This document shows positions 1 to 9,648 of a stretch of 62,424 nucleotides of DNA, piece after piece. Under the pieces are notes generated by a model that made no database searches, was not told where the DNA came from, and was given only the letters and a program-made list of their open reading frames with translations. The stretch lies in IMG/VR virus record IMGVR_UViG_3300030104_000782, positions 1 through 62,424 of that record; one strand, given 5' to 3'. The DNA comes from a virus. Lineage: Duplodnaviria > Caudoviricetes. Position numbers and translations under genes: made by a program. How positions within the stretch are numbered: the stretch's first letter is position 1; the number at the start of each line of letters is the position of its first letter.

Positions 1-17
1 GCCATTATTTACTCCTA

Positions 18-524
18 TTATGCGTCAGCGAACATAGTTACTAAGGTTCCTGAACCTAAAACTATGCCTTCAACAGCATACTTGGCAGAAGCCATAGCAG
101 TTACTTTTACTATACTGCCAACTAGTCCACCTTTAGTCGTGCCATTCATGGTTATTACATCATTTGATGCACCAGATATAAAAGTTTTACCTGTAGCATC
201 ATTCACACCTGTGTATAAACCACCAACGAATTTATCTGTTCCGTCAGTTAGGATATCCATATCTGTAGCTGCAGTTTCAACCACAAAGAAAAAACTAGCA
301 CCTAAGTTATTAAGCTGATTAGGGTCTTCGTCTTGTCCTGGTGCTGTAGCTACAATACTAGGAAGTGTAAACTTACCATCTGCATCATTACATGTTAAAA
401 TTTTACCTGCGTGTGCAGCAACAGTTAGACTAGTGTCTGCTGTTAAGCTAACAACTGCAGCGTTACCTGCTGAAATAAACCCAGCTAGAGATTTAACTGG
501 ACCTGAAAATGTCGATTTTGCCAT
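18..524 (-). CDS. Virion structural protein (putative capsid decoration/head fibre), copy A
   Basis: 168 aa, G/A/T-rich, MAKSTFSGPV start, directly downstream of MCP, strong SD. Confidence 0.6.
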   Translation of the reverse strand: MAKSTFSGPVKSLAGFISAGNAAVVSLTADTSLTVAAHAGKILTCNDADGKFTLPSIVATAPGQDEDPNQLNNLGASFFFVVETAATDMDILTDGTDKFVGGLYTGVNDATGKTFISGASNDVITMNGTTKGGLVGSIVKVTAMASAKYAVEGIVLGSGTLVTMFADA

Positions 525-545
525 AATTTCCTCCTTTGGAAATAA

Positions 546-603
546 GTTCTATAGTCTCGGCTCGTCTGCTAGGTCAGTCTATAGAACAGTTAATATATCC
601 TAG
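546..603 (-). ncRNA. Structured leader downstream of the capsid gene, resembling the Mu-gpT-DE RNA motif
   Basis: 9-bp stem 546-554/579-587; loop CTAGG (569-573) complementary to CCTAG (599-603); conserved in second copy 62224-62281. Confidence 0.55.
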
Positions 604-627
604 ACTTTTATTCTATACCTATTGTCG

Positions 628-659
628 AAAAAAAGAAAGGGAAGCCGAAGCTTCCCTTT
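628..659 (-). terminator. Intrinsic terminator after major capsid gene
   Basis: AAAGGGAAGC-UUCG-GCUUCCCUUU followed by U-tract on minus strand. Confidence 0.85.
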
Positions 660-678
660 ACTCTGTTCAAACGATTAT

Positions 679-1587
679 TTACGCTCCAGGGGATCCGTAA
701 ATACCACGCCAGTCACTAAAACCAAAAGAATATCTTTCTCTTGCTTTGTAACGCATGTTACCAGTTTCGAAGTCGCCTTCCATACCAGTAGACATTGGTG
801 CTCTTACAAAATGTTTTAGTCCGTTAGGTGCATCTGTCTTTATGAAAAACGCATCAGTGTCTGTTAAGAAGTGGTTAACAGTGTAACCTTCAGGGAGCAT
901 TCCCATGTTTCTTAATGCATTGATGTCGTTGTCAGATGTACTAACTCTTCCTGGAGTGTTAAGCAGTCTATCAGCTATAAACTGAAGTGCTGGTGGAATG
1001 ATTAGCTTTCTAGCTTGAACGTTAGTTTTTAAACCACGCTCATCTTTAAATGCAGCGATATCTAACATTGCATTTTCTAGAGAAGTTTCATTCAAGTCAG
1101 CAGCTGTGCTTGGCTCGTTGGATTGATCCCCAGCTGTCAAGGTTGGGTGGTCAGTTGCGAACAACTCTTTACCATCCCCTCCTGGAAAACTCGAGTTAAA
1201 ACCATTATTCAAAACATTCGCAGCTTTCACTTGTTTCGTTTGGCTCATAGATCTAGCCAACGCTTTAGTGTATCTAGCTGAAATGCTGTCATAAAGGTTA
1301 TCTTCTATAGCTTCTTCAGTAAGAGAGAAAGCTAATGCTACAGTCTCGTGTGAGTACCTAGCAGTGAAGGTCTCTTGAGCGTAGTCGTATGTGACTGCTG
1401 CCCCTTCGCCTTTCACTGGTGCTTCACCGAACCCTGATAACATAACTTCTTCCTCAAACGCTCTATCTGAGTTTTCTGTATCGAAAATCTCAGCATGTTC
1501 GTTTTCGTATCTGCTATATTCAAGTCCAAAGAGTGCATTTAATCCAGGCTCTAGTTCTGCCACTAATTGTGCTCTATTAATTGCCAT
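679..1587 (-). CDS. Major capsid protein (HK97 fold, Mu gpT-like family)
   Basis: MAINRAQLVAELEPGLNALFGLEY start and KARERYSFGFSDWRGIYGSPG end, typical of this marine podophage MCP family; follows scaffold genes. Confidence 0.9.
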   Translation of the reverse strand: MAINRAQLVAELEPGLNALFGLEYSRYENEHAEIFDTENSDRAFEEEVMLSGFGEAPVKGEGAAVTYDYAQETFTARYSHETVALAFSLTEEAIEDNLYDSISARYTKALARSMSQTKQVKAANVLNNGFNSSFPGGDGKELFATDHPTLTAGDQSNEPSTAADLNETSLENAMLDIAAFKDERGLKTNVQARKLIIPPALQFIADRLLNTPGRVSTSDNDINALRNMGMLPEGYTVNHFLTDTDAFFIKTDAPNGLKHFVRAPMSTGMEGDFETGNMRYKARERYSFGFSDWRGIYGSPGA

Positions 1588-1600
1588 CGTTATTTACTCC

Positions 1601-2140
1601 TTATGAATTACCGAACACAGAAGCTGGGAATGTTACATACACTCTAGCATATTGTCCGATTGAGTTAGAAGGTTTGTCGGGAAAACCTACCACTGTCGCA
1701 ATACCACTAGAAGTTGTTGTTGTCACACCTTCTTTTGATCGACCTGTTGATGTATCACCTGCAGTTGTTGAGATAGTGTTTGTTGTACCGATTGATGCTT
1801 GTGTAGGTGTACCAGTTGACTGGGCTTCATACACAATATCAGGGTCGACATAAACAAACGCTTTCGCATTTGCAGAACCTAGCGTAGCAGTATCAGCTGT
1901 CCACATCTTAGAAAAGACGATTTCACCTGAAGTGTTTGTGAATTCTACTCCGTAAAACACACCTAGTGGAGTACCTGTTGCAGTACCCTGTATAACCAAA
2001 CCACTCGAGAGATTGACAACGTCGCCCGAAAAAATCGAAGCATTCGTGCCACTTGCTATCGCAAACTCTGAAGGTCTGATTGTTCCACCAGACATATGAT
2101 ATGCGGGAGTGAATCCATCTGGGTCATTTACATTTGCCAT
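1601..2140 (-). CDS. Putative minor capsid/cement protein
   Basis: 179 aa, Thr/Gly-rich, immediately upstream of MCP. Confidence 0.55.
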   Translation of the reverse strand: MANVNDPDGFTPAYHMSGGTIRPSEFAIASGTNASIFSGDVVNLSSGLVIQGTATGTPLGVFYGVEFTNTSGEIVFSKMWTADTATLGSANAKAFVYVDPDIVYEAQSTGTPTQASIGTTNTISTTAGDTSTGRSKEGVTTTTSSGIATVVGFPDKPSNSIGQYARVYVTFPASVFGNS

Positions 2141-2184
2141 TGTTATTCACCTTTGTAATATGTTGTTAAAATTCTTAGTTTCAC

Positions 2185-2673
2185 CTAAGATCCTTTTCCG
2201 AAAGTAACTTTAGTGTTCCTATTAGGTTTAACTATAGGCATACGTGGGTCACTTTCTCTCATTAGATCTGTGTCGACAGCACGCATTGCGTCTGCAGTTT
2301 GAGCATCGTAATACTCATTCCGTTGATTTACTGTCTCCTCAGGTACTCTTGCCAGGATCAATCCACCTACTCCGATAACACCAGCATGTACTCCGTCTTG
2401 TATCGTCGGTGCTTCGAAATCTGGAAACTCTTCCGCACGTACAGGTTCAAAACCTTCACGTAGACGTTTAGACATATTAGTCCTATCGTCTTGTCCGAGT
2501 ATAGACTCTCTTATCCAACGATGCTTAAAACCTGGAGGTGCAGGTGGTGCATCTAGTGCAGAGGGTGGTGCCCATGGTGTTGTGCGAGTTGTTTTATCTC
2601 GTGCTTGTGCAGATCGAGGAGATCGATCCGTAGCAACAGATTCGTCTACATTGTTAGTATCTTTTTCTGTCAT
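2185..2673 (-). CDS. Conserved head-module protein
   Basis: WAPPSALDAP..PPGFKHRWIR motif; between scaffold and MCP. Confidence 0.55.
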   Translation of the reverse strand: MTEKDTNNVDESVATDRSPRSAQARDKTTRTTPWAPPSALDAPPAPPGFKHRWIRESILGQDDRTNMSKRLREGFEPVRAEEFPDFEAPTIQDGVHAGVIGVGGLILARVPEETVNQRNEYYDAQTADAMRAVDTDLMRESDPRMPIVKPNRNTKVTFGKGS

Positions 2674-2682
2674 TTTTTACTC

Positions 2683-3600
2683 CTATTGTGTTTTAACATA
2701 TTTTGCATACTCTTCAAGAGGCACATTAAGTTTTTTCGCTATAGCTACTTGACTTTGTGTTAGTTTTACAGTTCTACTGCGTGCATTTTTATTTTTAGCT
2801 TGTCTTGTAGGACTCGCTACTCTCTGCACGGGAGAGTCGGAAACTTGTTCTTGATCTTCATTATAGTTACTTATTCCAAATTTGGAAAGCCTGCTATCAA
2901 GTTCCTGATAATACTCATCAGATGCTCCATCATAACCTTCATCCATCAGTTCTCTGTGCACACCAAACGCAGCAAAAGTTAATCCTTGGTCTTGACCAAA
3001 CCAAGTGTTTTTTGCAGCCCACTCTTGTGCTCTAGGATCTGGTTGTGCTTGTGGTTGTTGAGGTTGCTGAGCTATGGCATCAGGTTGTTCTGGTGTATCT
3101 TGTTCTGTAGAATCTGGTGCTTTCTTCCTTTGTTCTGTAACACGACGTAAACTTTCCGCTTCTACAGACAAACGAGACAGTTTTTCATTAGCTTCGATTA
3201 TAGCCTCTGTGTCTCCTCTATCAAAAGCATCTTTATATTCTTGTTTAGCTGCATCTAATTCAGTGTTGATTCTACTATCATACTCAGTGAACATAGCTGT
3301 GTTTGCTGACTGAGCTTTTTTCTTGAGCTCAGCGTTTTCTTGTTGCACTTTTTGTGCCCAAGACACTGCTTCTTCGTTTTGTCTTTCAGATTCTCTAAGT
3401 TTGTAAGTAAGCTTATTGATTCTTTTTTGTACTGAATCACTATACTCTTCTTGTTCAGATTTATCTGGTTCTTGAAGTTGCTCCTCTGCAGCTTCAGTCA
3501 CTTCTAGTGTTTCTTCTTCTTTCTTTTCATCAGCAGGAAGCTCTACTTCTACTGACTCTTCTATGGCAAGATTTTCTTCTTGTTGCATGGTTTCCTCCAT
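2683..3600 (-). CDS. Putative capsid scaffolding protein
   Basis: Acidic coiled-coil with C-terminal IAKKLNVPLEEYAK helix; head-module position. Confidence 0.7.
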   Translation of the reverse strand: MEETMQQEENLAIEESVEVELPADEKKEEETLEVTEAAEEQLQEPDKSEQEEYSDSVQKRINKLTYKLRESERQNEEAVSWAQKVQQENAELKKKAQSANTAMFTEYDSRINTELDAAKQEYKDAFDRGDTEAIIEANEKLSRLSVEAESLRRVTEQRKKAPDSTEQDTPEQPDAIAQQPQQPQAQPDPRAQEWAAKNTWFGQDQGLTFAAFGVHRELMDEGYDGASDEYYQELDSRLSKFGISNYNEDQEQVSDSPVQRVASPTRQAKNKNARSRTVKLTQSQVAIAKKLNVPLEEYAKYVKTQ

Positions 3601-3608
3601 GTTGGTTA

Positions 3609-4046
3609 TTAATAGTCTACTGCTTCTGGGTCTGGTATTCTAGCTAAAATTTCATCATCGTTCAAAAGACGTAGTTCTCCTCCGTCTATCTTGAACCTAG
3701 CACCAGCGTACCTACCGAAAAGCACCCATTCTCCCTCTTTACACCAAGCACCTTCAGGAAACTTTACAGGATCCTTATATGCATCTGGTCCAAGAGAAAT
3801 AACGTATCCTACTACTGAGGATACAGTGTCTCTTTCTATTGTTTCAGAAACTAATTGTATACCACCATCAGTTACTGCTGATCTTCCTCTAGGTAGTATC
3901 AACACTCTATACCCTGTTGGTTGTGGTAGTATTTCTAATTGTGATGTGACTTCTTCGACTGTTTTGTCTTCTTTTACCTCTTCAGGTGCAGGTGTAGGTG
4001 CCTTATCAAAGTTCATTACTACATCTGGTACAACTTCTTTAGTCAT
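3609..4046 (-). CDS. groES: GroES/Cpn10-like co-chaperonin
   Basis: PTGYRVLI..T.GGI..V.GP.A..G.WVLF.RYAG..DG.ELRLLNDDEILA pattern. Confidence 0.85.
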   Translation of the reverse strand: MTKEVVPDVVMNFDKAPTPAPEEVKEDKTVEEVTSQLEILPQPTGYRVLILPRGRSAVTDGGIQLVSETIERDTVSSVVGYVISLGPDAYKDPVKFPEGAWCKEGEWVLFGRYAGARFKIDGGELRLLNDDEILARIPDPEAVDY

Positions 4047-4239
4047 CTATTTCTTTCTCCATTGTTTTTTGCAGGTCAATTATCTCTTGTTCGGCAGAGC
4101 GAAGACCTGATATCTCTCCGACGACGCGTTGGTATTGCTCGAAACTAGCAACACCTCCTGATGCGAGTGTAACTTCTAAACTGGCACGACGTTCTCTGTA
4201 CCTTTTTAGTAGATGCTCGACAACTTTTATATAATCCAC
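4039..4239 (-). CDS. Hypothetical protein
   Basis: 66 aa, overlaps both neighbours (translational coupling). Confidence 0.6.
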   Translation of the reverse strand: MDYIKVVEHLLKRYRERRASLEVTLASGGVASFEQYQRVVGEISGLRSAEQEIIDLQKTMEKEIDD

Positions 4240-4478
4240 TAATCAGTGCTATGAAAATTTAAACCTTTGGTTGCAGCACCTGTTCCTCTAGTTTTTACTA
4301 TTCTCTTTTCAGAATGTAGACCACCAGTTCCATACTCTTCATATCGACCGCCATCTTTCATTCCTTTTTTGCTCCTAAGTTTAGCAAAATCTTCTCCTTC
4401 TAACACTTTAGGATCGCCAGCCATTGCCGCAATCTTTTTCTGTTTAGGGGAATATTGTTCTGATTTACCTTTTGGCAT
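4239..4478 (-). CDS. Small basic head-associated protein with xxGG motifs
   Basis: MKDGG, YGTGG and RGTGAA motifs; SD upstream. Confidence 0.55.
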   Translation of the reverse strand: MPKGKSEQYSPKQKKIAAMAGDPKVLEGEDFAKLRSKKGMKDGGRYEEYGTGGLHSEKRIVKTRGTGAATKGLNFHSTD

Positions 4479-4487
4479 ACTTTACTC

Positions 4488-4856
4488 CTATCTAAGTTTT
4501 GTTGGTTTTCTACGTGCATTATTGACTGCGCCACAACCTCTACTCTGTACAGACATACCACCGTCAGCCATTTTAAACATTGTTCCTCCTGGCATTCCGT
4601 TCTTCATTCCACCGTCAGCCATTTTGTACATGCCACCGTCAGCCATTTTATACATGCCACCACCAGCCATTTTGTACATGCCACCATCAGCTTTCTTCGC
4701 AGTTTTGGCTGCTGCTTCAAAATCAGCTGCACTAGGTGCTCCTTTAGCACCTTTCTTTCTCATTTTTTCGCCACGTTTTCTTTTTTGATTAATGTTGTAG
4801 TAGAGACCTTTTTTAGCAGTTCTACCATCTTTTGTTTTATGTGTTGCTTTAGCCAT
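4488..4856 (-). CDS. Small basic protein with MADGG repeats
   Basis: Lys-rich; tandem MYKMADGG repeats; RGCGA motif. Confidence 0.6.
   Translation of the reverse strand: MAKATHKTKDGRTAKKGLYYNINQKRKRGEKMRKKGAKGAPSAADFEAAAKTAKKADGGMYKMAGGGMYKMADGGMYKMADGGMKNGMPGGTMFKMADGGMSVQSRGCGAVNNARRKPTKLR
4609..4691. repeat. 24-bp tandem repeat, about 3.5 copies (encodes MYKMADGG)
   Basis: CCACCGTCAGCCATTTTGTACATG-like units at 4609, 4633, 4657 and partial at 4681. Confidence 0.9.
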
Positions 4857-7279
4857 TATTCGCTATCCTCCTCTGCGTCTTTAACTTGTTTCAATATTTC
4901 ACTATAAGATTTCTGTGACTTGAGCTCAGCTTCCATTGCATCTTTCTCACGTGAAGCTGCAATTCTCTGTTGAGCAATGTCTTCATTCTTATCTGCCTTC
5001 GCTAAAGCAGTTTGTGAATCTATCTCTGCTTTAGTAAGTTCGGTTTGAGCACGTAGTTGATCAGCTTGTGCTTTTCTTTGTATCTCCATGCCTTGTAGTT
5101 CTAGCTGTTTATTAGCTAGATCTATCTCAGGTTGCTGTTGAGCAATCTGTTGTGCTTGCATAAGTGCTTGTTCTTGTCCTGTAATCTGCTGAGTTGCTTC
5201 TGCTGCCAGCATAGCGATTTGATTCTGTACTTCCATAGGTACAGGTTGTCCCTCAGGAGGTAACTGTATGCCTTGTTCAGCTAACAACTGTTGCACCTGT
5301 AATCTGTACTTCATAGCTTGATGCTCTTGTATGTGTGCCTGCAATGCTTGCACTGCAGCAGGATTCTGTTGCACCATAGGGTTTTGCATGAACGCCATGT
5401 GTGCAGCTATGTGTGCATCATGGTTCTGTTCCATAAATGCTTTCAACGGCATACCCATAAGTGCATCTTGGTTTTCTTGCACAGGGTCTTTAGGAAACAT
5501 GTCTTCTGGTGGTTCTAGTATCTCGTCTATGTTTTGTACACCTAATGCACTGTACATTTTAAAATATGCTTCTCTAAGATTGTGTAGTTGAGGTGCACTT
5601 TGTGCTAACTGTAGTTGTGTTTGTGCTAGAACTACACGCTGACTCATACTAAATATGTTAGGGTCGCTTACAGGTAAGACATCTACTTGCCCATCGAAAT
5701 CCTTAGCGTAAATTGTACGTGAGCCACCCACTACATCGTATGGATATTCTGGTGGTAACGACTCAGCGAAAACTCTAGCTAAAAGTTTGAACTCAGTTTT
5801 TTGTGCATAATGTAGACGTTTATGTATCGCCGACATTATTTTACTACCACGCTCTAGCATAGCGATAGTTGTACCAACAGGTGCTTCTTGTCCCATGTCA
5901 CCTATCTTCATATCAGCTATGTTTGCAAATCTTTGACCACTTTCTACTATTACACCCAATAGTTGTGCTAACACACCACTAGGTTCTTTGTATGGCAATG
6001 GCATAAGTGCGTCTCGTATAGTACCTCCTGGCACATCTACATCTCGCCATTCTCCTGGCTCTATAGGAGTATCATCATCCCTGATTCGCATTCCTCTAGC
6101 TTTAAAACCAGCAGGCAAGTTACTAAGTGTTCCTGCATCTACGAGTTGTCTAAGTAATGAAGTCGCTGATTTACTAAGACCACCTATCATGTGTATTAGA
6201 CCGAAGCCATAAAAACCTAGTCCTGGCAGAAACTTGTAGTGTACAAAATATTCTATCTTTCTTTTTAGAGGATCATCAGGTGAAAAGTTCCTGCGGATAG
6301 CTAATACTTGATTGCTCTCTTTTATCATCGTTACAATGTACGGGAGGGCTATACCTGTTTCCTCACCGTTTTCTGTATCTTCGAATCCTTCTAAGTCTAA
6401 GTCAACATGCATCTCCAGTACTGTGTATGTTTCTGAGTCTACTGGTTTACTGACACCAGTTATTTCATCTATCTTACTTTTGACACTTGAGTACTCATCT
6501 TCGTAAGGTTCTCCTATTTCTACATCTCGGTACAAACCTGCTTGTTGCATTTTACGGATTTGGTTCTCCGTCATCTGTATTACATGTGTCGCTCTAGGGC
6601 AATCAAGTAAGTCTGTCGTCGAATACGAGACAATGAAGTCCTCAGCCATTATAAAATTACTGACTGCTCTAGCTTTTGATGGATCGTAAAAAACTTTTTT
6701 GAAAGCAGAACCAGACAAGGGTAGATAAAACAACAGCTGGTCTAGTTCAGGATCGTACTCTTCCATGTTGTAAGTTATCTGATAGTTCATAAACTCTTTG
6801 ACTCTTTGTGATTGCTGTTCTTTTGCAGCATCTACGTTACCTAGAACTTGTGTTTTAACAGGTCCATCAGCAGGCAACAGTTCTTTGTATGCTTGTGCTT
6901 GGAACTGTGCTACAGACTCTGATAATAGTGGGTGGTGTACACCACTGGCTCCTGGAAAAGGTTCAGTTCTATCTTCAGTTTTTATCCCTAGTAAATCTAG
7001 TCCTTTCGTAAATGTGTCTAACCATTCTTTTCTTGACTCTTCGTCTTCGTCAAAGTCTGTACACAAATCCATACTAAGTGCACGAAGGTCGTCTTCATTT
7101 ATAACTTCCGCTAAATTAGAATTAAAATCTTCTATAGGATCTGGTACTATGGCGATATTAGATTCTTCTTCGCCTTCGATAAGTATGTTTTCAGGTAAGA
7201 CTGGCTCTTCTTCTTCGGGCAGTTCTATCTCTAGTTCTTCGGCAGAAACTGGTGACAATGTTGATTTTTCTACAGCCAT
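4856..7279 (-). CDS. Portal protein (P22-like, long C-terminal barrel)
   Basis: 807 aa directly after TerL; LPLSGSAFKKV and GFYGFGLIH motifs; Gln-rich helical tail. Confidence 0.85.
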   Translation of the reverse strand: MAVEKSTLSPVSAEELEIELPEEEEPVLPENILIEGEEESNIAIVPDPIEDFNSNLAEVINEDDLRALSMDLCTDFDEDEESRKEWLDTFTKGLDLLGIKTEDRTEPFPGASGVHHPLLSESVAQFQAQAYKELLPADGPVKTQVLGNVDAAKEQQSQRVKEFMNYQITYNMEEYDPELDQLLFYLPLSGSAFKKVFYDPSKARAVSNFIMAEDFIVSYSTTDLLDCPRATHVIQMTENQIRKMQQAGLYRDVEIGEPYEDEYSSVKSKIDEITGVSKPVDSETYTVLEMHVDLDLEGFEDTENGEETGIALPYIVTMIKESNQVLAIRRNFSPDDPLKRKIEYFVHYKFLPGLGFYGFGLIHMIGGLSKSATSLLRQLVDAGTLSNLPAGFKARGMRIRDDDTPIEPGEWRDVDVPGGTIRDALMPLPYKEPSGVLAQLLGVIVESGQRFANIADMKIGDMGQEAPVGTTIAMLERGSKIMSAIHKRLHYAQKTEFKLLARVFAESLPPEYPYDVVGGSRTIYAKDFDGQVDVLPVSDPNIFSMSQRVVLAQTQLQLAQSAPQLHNLREAYFKMYSALGVQNIDEILEPPEDMFPKDPVQENQDALMGMPLKAFMEQNHDAHIAAHMAFMQNPMVQQNPAAVQALQAHIQEHQAMKYRLQVQQLLAEQGIQLPPEGQPVPMEVQNQIAMLAAEATQQITGQEQALMQAQQIAQQQPEIDLANKQLELQGMEIQRKAQADQLRAQTELTKAEIDSQTALAKADKNEDIAQQRIAASREKDAMEAELKSQKSYSEILKQVKDAEEDSE

Positions 7280-7327
7280 ATTACTCTTGTCGACGATTAA
7301 TGATTTGAATCATACTTTAAAAAGTGC

Positions 7328-8836
7328 TCAATAGTAAACTCGTTTCCTTCGATACACAGGTTCCTCTTCGTAGTCTGTGTCTAGTTTTACGAAACCACCT
7401 TGCCTAAATCTCATCAATGCTTGTGTTGTGCTATCAACTAAATCGTCGTGTTCTCCGTAAGGAAAGTCCGACACTTCGTCCATCAACTGTTCTGCCCAGT
7501 TAGTTTCTGGCACCCACACGTACCCACCACTGAACAACGGAGTACAAGAGTTAAGTCTCGCAACTTTGTCTTGTCCTCGGCTCGGTGTAAAGTTTTGTAC
7601 AGGTATGCCAAGAGCACGGAGTTCTTGTGTCAATGGCATACCAGATGCTTTACCTTCTATAATCACGGACTCAGGTTCCCATGTTTTGTATTGTTCTAGA
7701 GCTTTTTCCTTTAGTTCAGGGAAAGAGAGCCTTGCTCGCACTGAGTCAAGTAGCACTATATGTGCTTCATTGCCTGCATAATTTTCTTCACCAATAGTTC
7801 CCTCAGGATAAAAGACTCCCCATGTAGTGATAGCTGAGTAGTCTGCTCTTTCACTTTTCAAGAAAGCCGTGTCGTAAGATTGAATGATATAGTCAACATG
7901 TGGCGGATGATCTCTATCCCAGATCTTGAACCAATCTCTACTTATAATCGACGCACCTTCCCCAGTAGGATTCTGCATATATTCTGCTGCCCACTTCGAA
8001 GGTGAGATCGATGCTTTTATTTTTTCTAACTCAGGTTTTGGCCAATAGTCTGGCCAGAGAGATTTACCTGACGGCAGGATAGCAGGCAGTTCAATAATCT
8101 CCCACTGGTCAGCTTCATCTGATTCCATCATCTTTTTTACAACACGACCAGTCAAATCTTTTTTAGACCAACGTGTCATAACCATTACGATGGCACCTCC
8201 TGGCTGTAATCTTTGTCTTGGTCCAGTCATGTACCATTCATAAGCATCGTCAAGAGCATTTGCACTCATGGCATCTTGTTCTGAGTGTGGGTCGTCAATA
8301 ATAAATAAGTCCGCACCCCTACCAGCTAGTGCACCACCGACACCTGACGCGAAGTATTCGCCGTTCAGCTTTCCGTCAACAGTTCTTGTTTCCCATCTTC
8401 CTGCTGCTTTACTCTCAGGGTTGAGCTCAACGTTCGGGAATATTTCTCTATATTGCTTTGTGTCTATCAGGTCACGAATCTTTCTACCAAAACGAACAGC
8501 CAAGTCTGCCGTGTGCGTTGCCTGTATAATCTTGAGTCCTGGGTTTTTACCGACAAGATATGCTGGGAACATGTAGGAGGCAAACTCCGACTTAGTGTGA
8601 CGTGGTGGCATATTAACGATCAGCCTTTTTAGTTCGCCCGAAGCTATTCTATCAAAGGCTCTTGCCATTATGCGATGATGCTCACCTTCTATGAAGTCTG
8701 ACCACATGGCTTTTACAAATGGAAGAAAGTTTGTCTGTATTGTTTCCTTTTTCTGGAGCTCCGCCAATCGTTCCGATAGTTCGAGGTGTTCGACCAGTAA
8801 CTCTTGGGGAATATGCTCTAGTTCTTTATCTTTCAT
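7328..8836 (-). CDS. terL: Terminase large subunit
   Basis: Walker A NMPPRHTKS, Walker B IIDDP, MTRW coupling motif, RNase H-like nuclease ending HDDLVDS. Confidence 0.95.
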   Translation of the reverse strand: MKDKELEHIPQELLVEHLELSERLAELQKKETIQTNFLPFVKAMWSDFIEGEHHRIMARAFDRIASGELKRLIVNMPPRHTKSEFASYMFPAYLVGKNPGLKIIQATHTADLAVRFGRKIRDLIDTKQYREIFPNVELNPESKAAGRWETRTVDGKLNGEYFASGVGGALAGRGADLFIIDDPHSEQDAMSANALDDAYEWYMTGPRQRLQPGGAIVMVMTRWSKKDLTGRVVKKMMESDEADQWEIIELPAILPSGKSLWPDYWPKPELEKIKASISPSKWAAEYMQNPTGEGASIISRDWFKIWDRDHPPHVDYIIQSYDTAFLKSERADYSAITTWGVFYPEGTIGEENYAGNEAHIVLLDSVRARLSFPELKEKALEQYKTWEPESVIIEGKASGMPLTQELRALGIPVQNFTPSRGQDKVARLNSCTPLFSGGYVWVPETNWAEQLMDEVSDFPYGEHDDLVDSTTQALMRFRQGGFVKLDTDYEEEPVYRRKRVYY

Positions 8837-8987
8837 ATGAGTTTAAATTTTTGTTGGAAAATTTTTTGGACCACAAAGACTGTGAACCAACGTAAAGTTT
8901 TACTATAGACGACGAGGCAGCAGGGGGGGTCATCATGCTCTGAGTCAATTTACCATGAGTCAACATAGAAAAGAATCCTACCAACAC

Positions 8988-9530
8988 TCAAACTCCTCCT
9001 GAACTATTGCCCTTTGACTGTTCTCGAAGATTGTTCTCGAACTCAGGCTCGGAGTCAGGAGCCTTCTCACCTTCGATAGTGTAGTTCGTTACAGGCAGAA
9101 CCCCTCCTGTCTCCTGGTGTAATTCCTTGAGTCTTTCAATTATTTCTAGTTTGGTAAGATCCGAAGTTTTGTTGACTGTTAACTCTTTGCGTTCAACATA
9201 TATACCAGCAGCTTTGCCTCGACTTACTTCGGCAGTAACGGCAGCACCAAAGGCATTGTTCTCGAGTGCTTTGTCTCTTAACTCCTCTAGGTTGTCTAGG
9301 TGCTTTGCTAATGTGAGTCCTGCTCTTGCTGCTCCTCGGTTCTGTAACTCCTGAATCCTGTTCTGGACCAGTGGTTCGTGATTCGCCAAGTATGCTCCTG
9401 CTCGTGCAGCATTCTTGTGTGAATAACCAGCCATGATCGCTGACTCCTTTAAGCTAGTTCCCGATGCTACAGCCTGTGCGAACTTCTCTTGTTTCGGTGT
9501 CAGTTTCTTTTCCTTGCGACTAGGTTCCAT
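8988..9530 (-). CDS. terS: Terminase small subunit
   Basis: LTPKQEKFA..SAIMAGYS HTH motif upstream of terL; start set at ATG 9530 after GGAGG. Confidence 0.8.
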   Translation of the reverse strand: MEPSRKEKKLTPKQEKFAQAVASGTSLKESAIMAGYSHKNAARAGAYLANHEPLVQNRIQELQNRGAARAGLTLAKHLDNLEELRDKALENNAFGAAVTAEVSRGKAAGIYVERKELTVNKTSDLTKLEIIERLKELHQETGGVLPVTNYTIEGEKAPDSEPEFENNLREQSKGNSSGGV

Positions 9531-9648
9531 ATATCTTACTCCTCCGTACACACTATATAAGGACGTGGATACGTTGTTTACACTATCATAATACTAAACT
9601 CTTGCTATCGTAAAGATAACGCATGCATTACGCATATTGCTCTCTCAT

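Larger units (their letters stand above)
1..746. repeat. Terminal redundancy, left copy (diverged from 61678-62424)
   Basis: Both contig ends carry the same 168-aa gene, leader, terminator and capsid 3' end, offset by about 61,677 bp. Confidence 0.95.

Noticed and set aside
18-524. Diversity-generating retroelement template/variable pair with 61696-62202
   Set aside because: No reverse transcriptase gene; differences are mostly synonymous, not adenine-specific, and extend into flanking DNA
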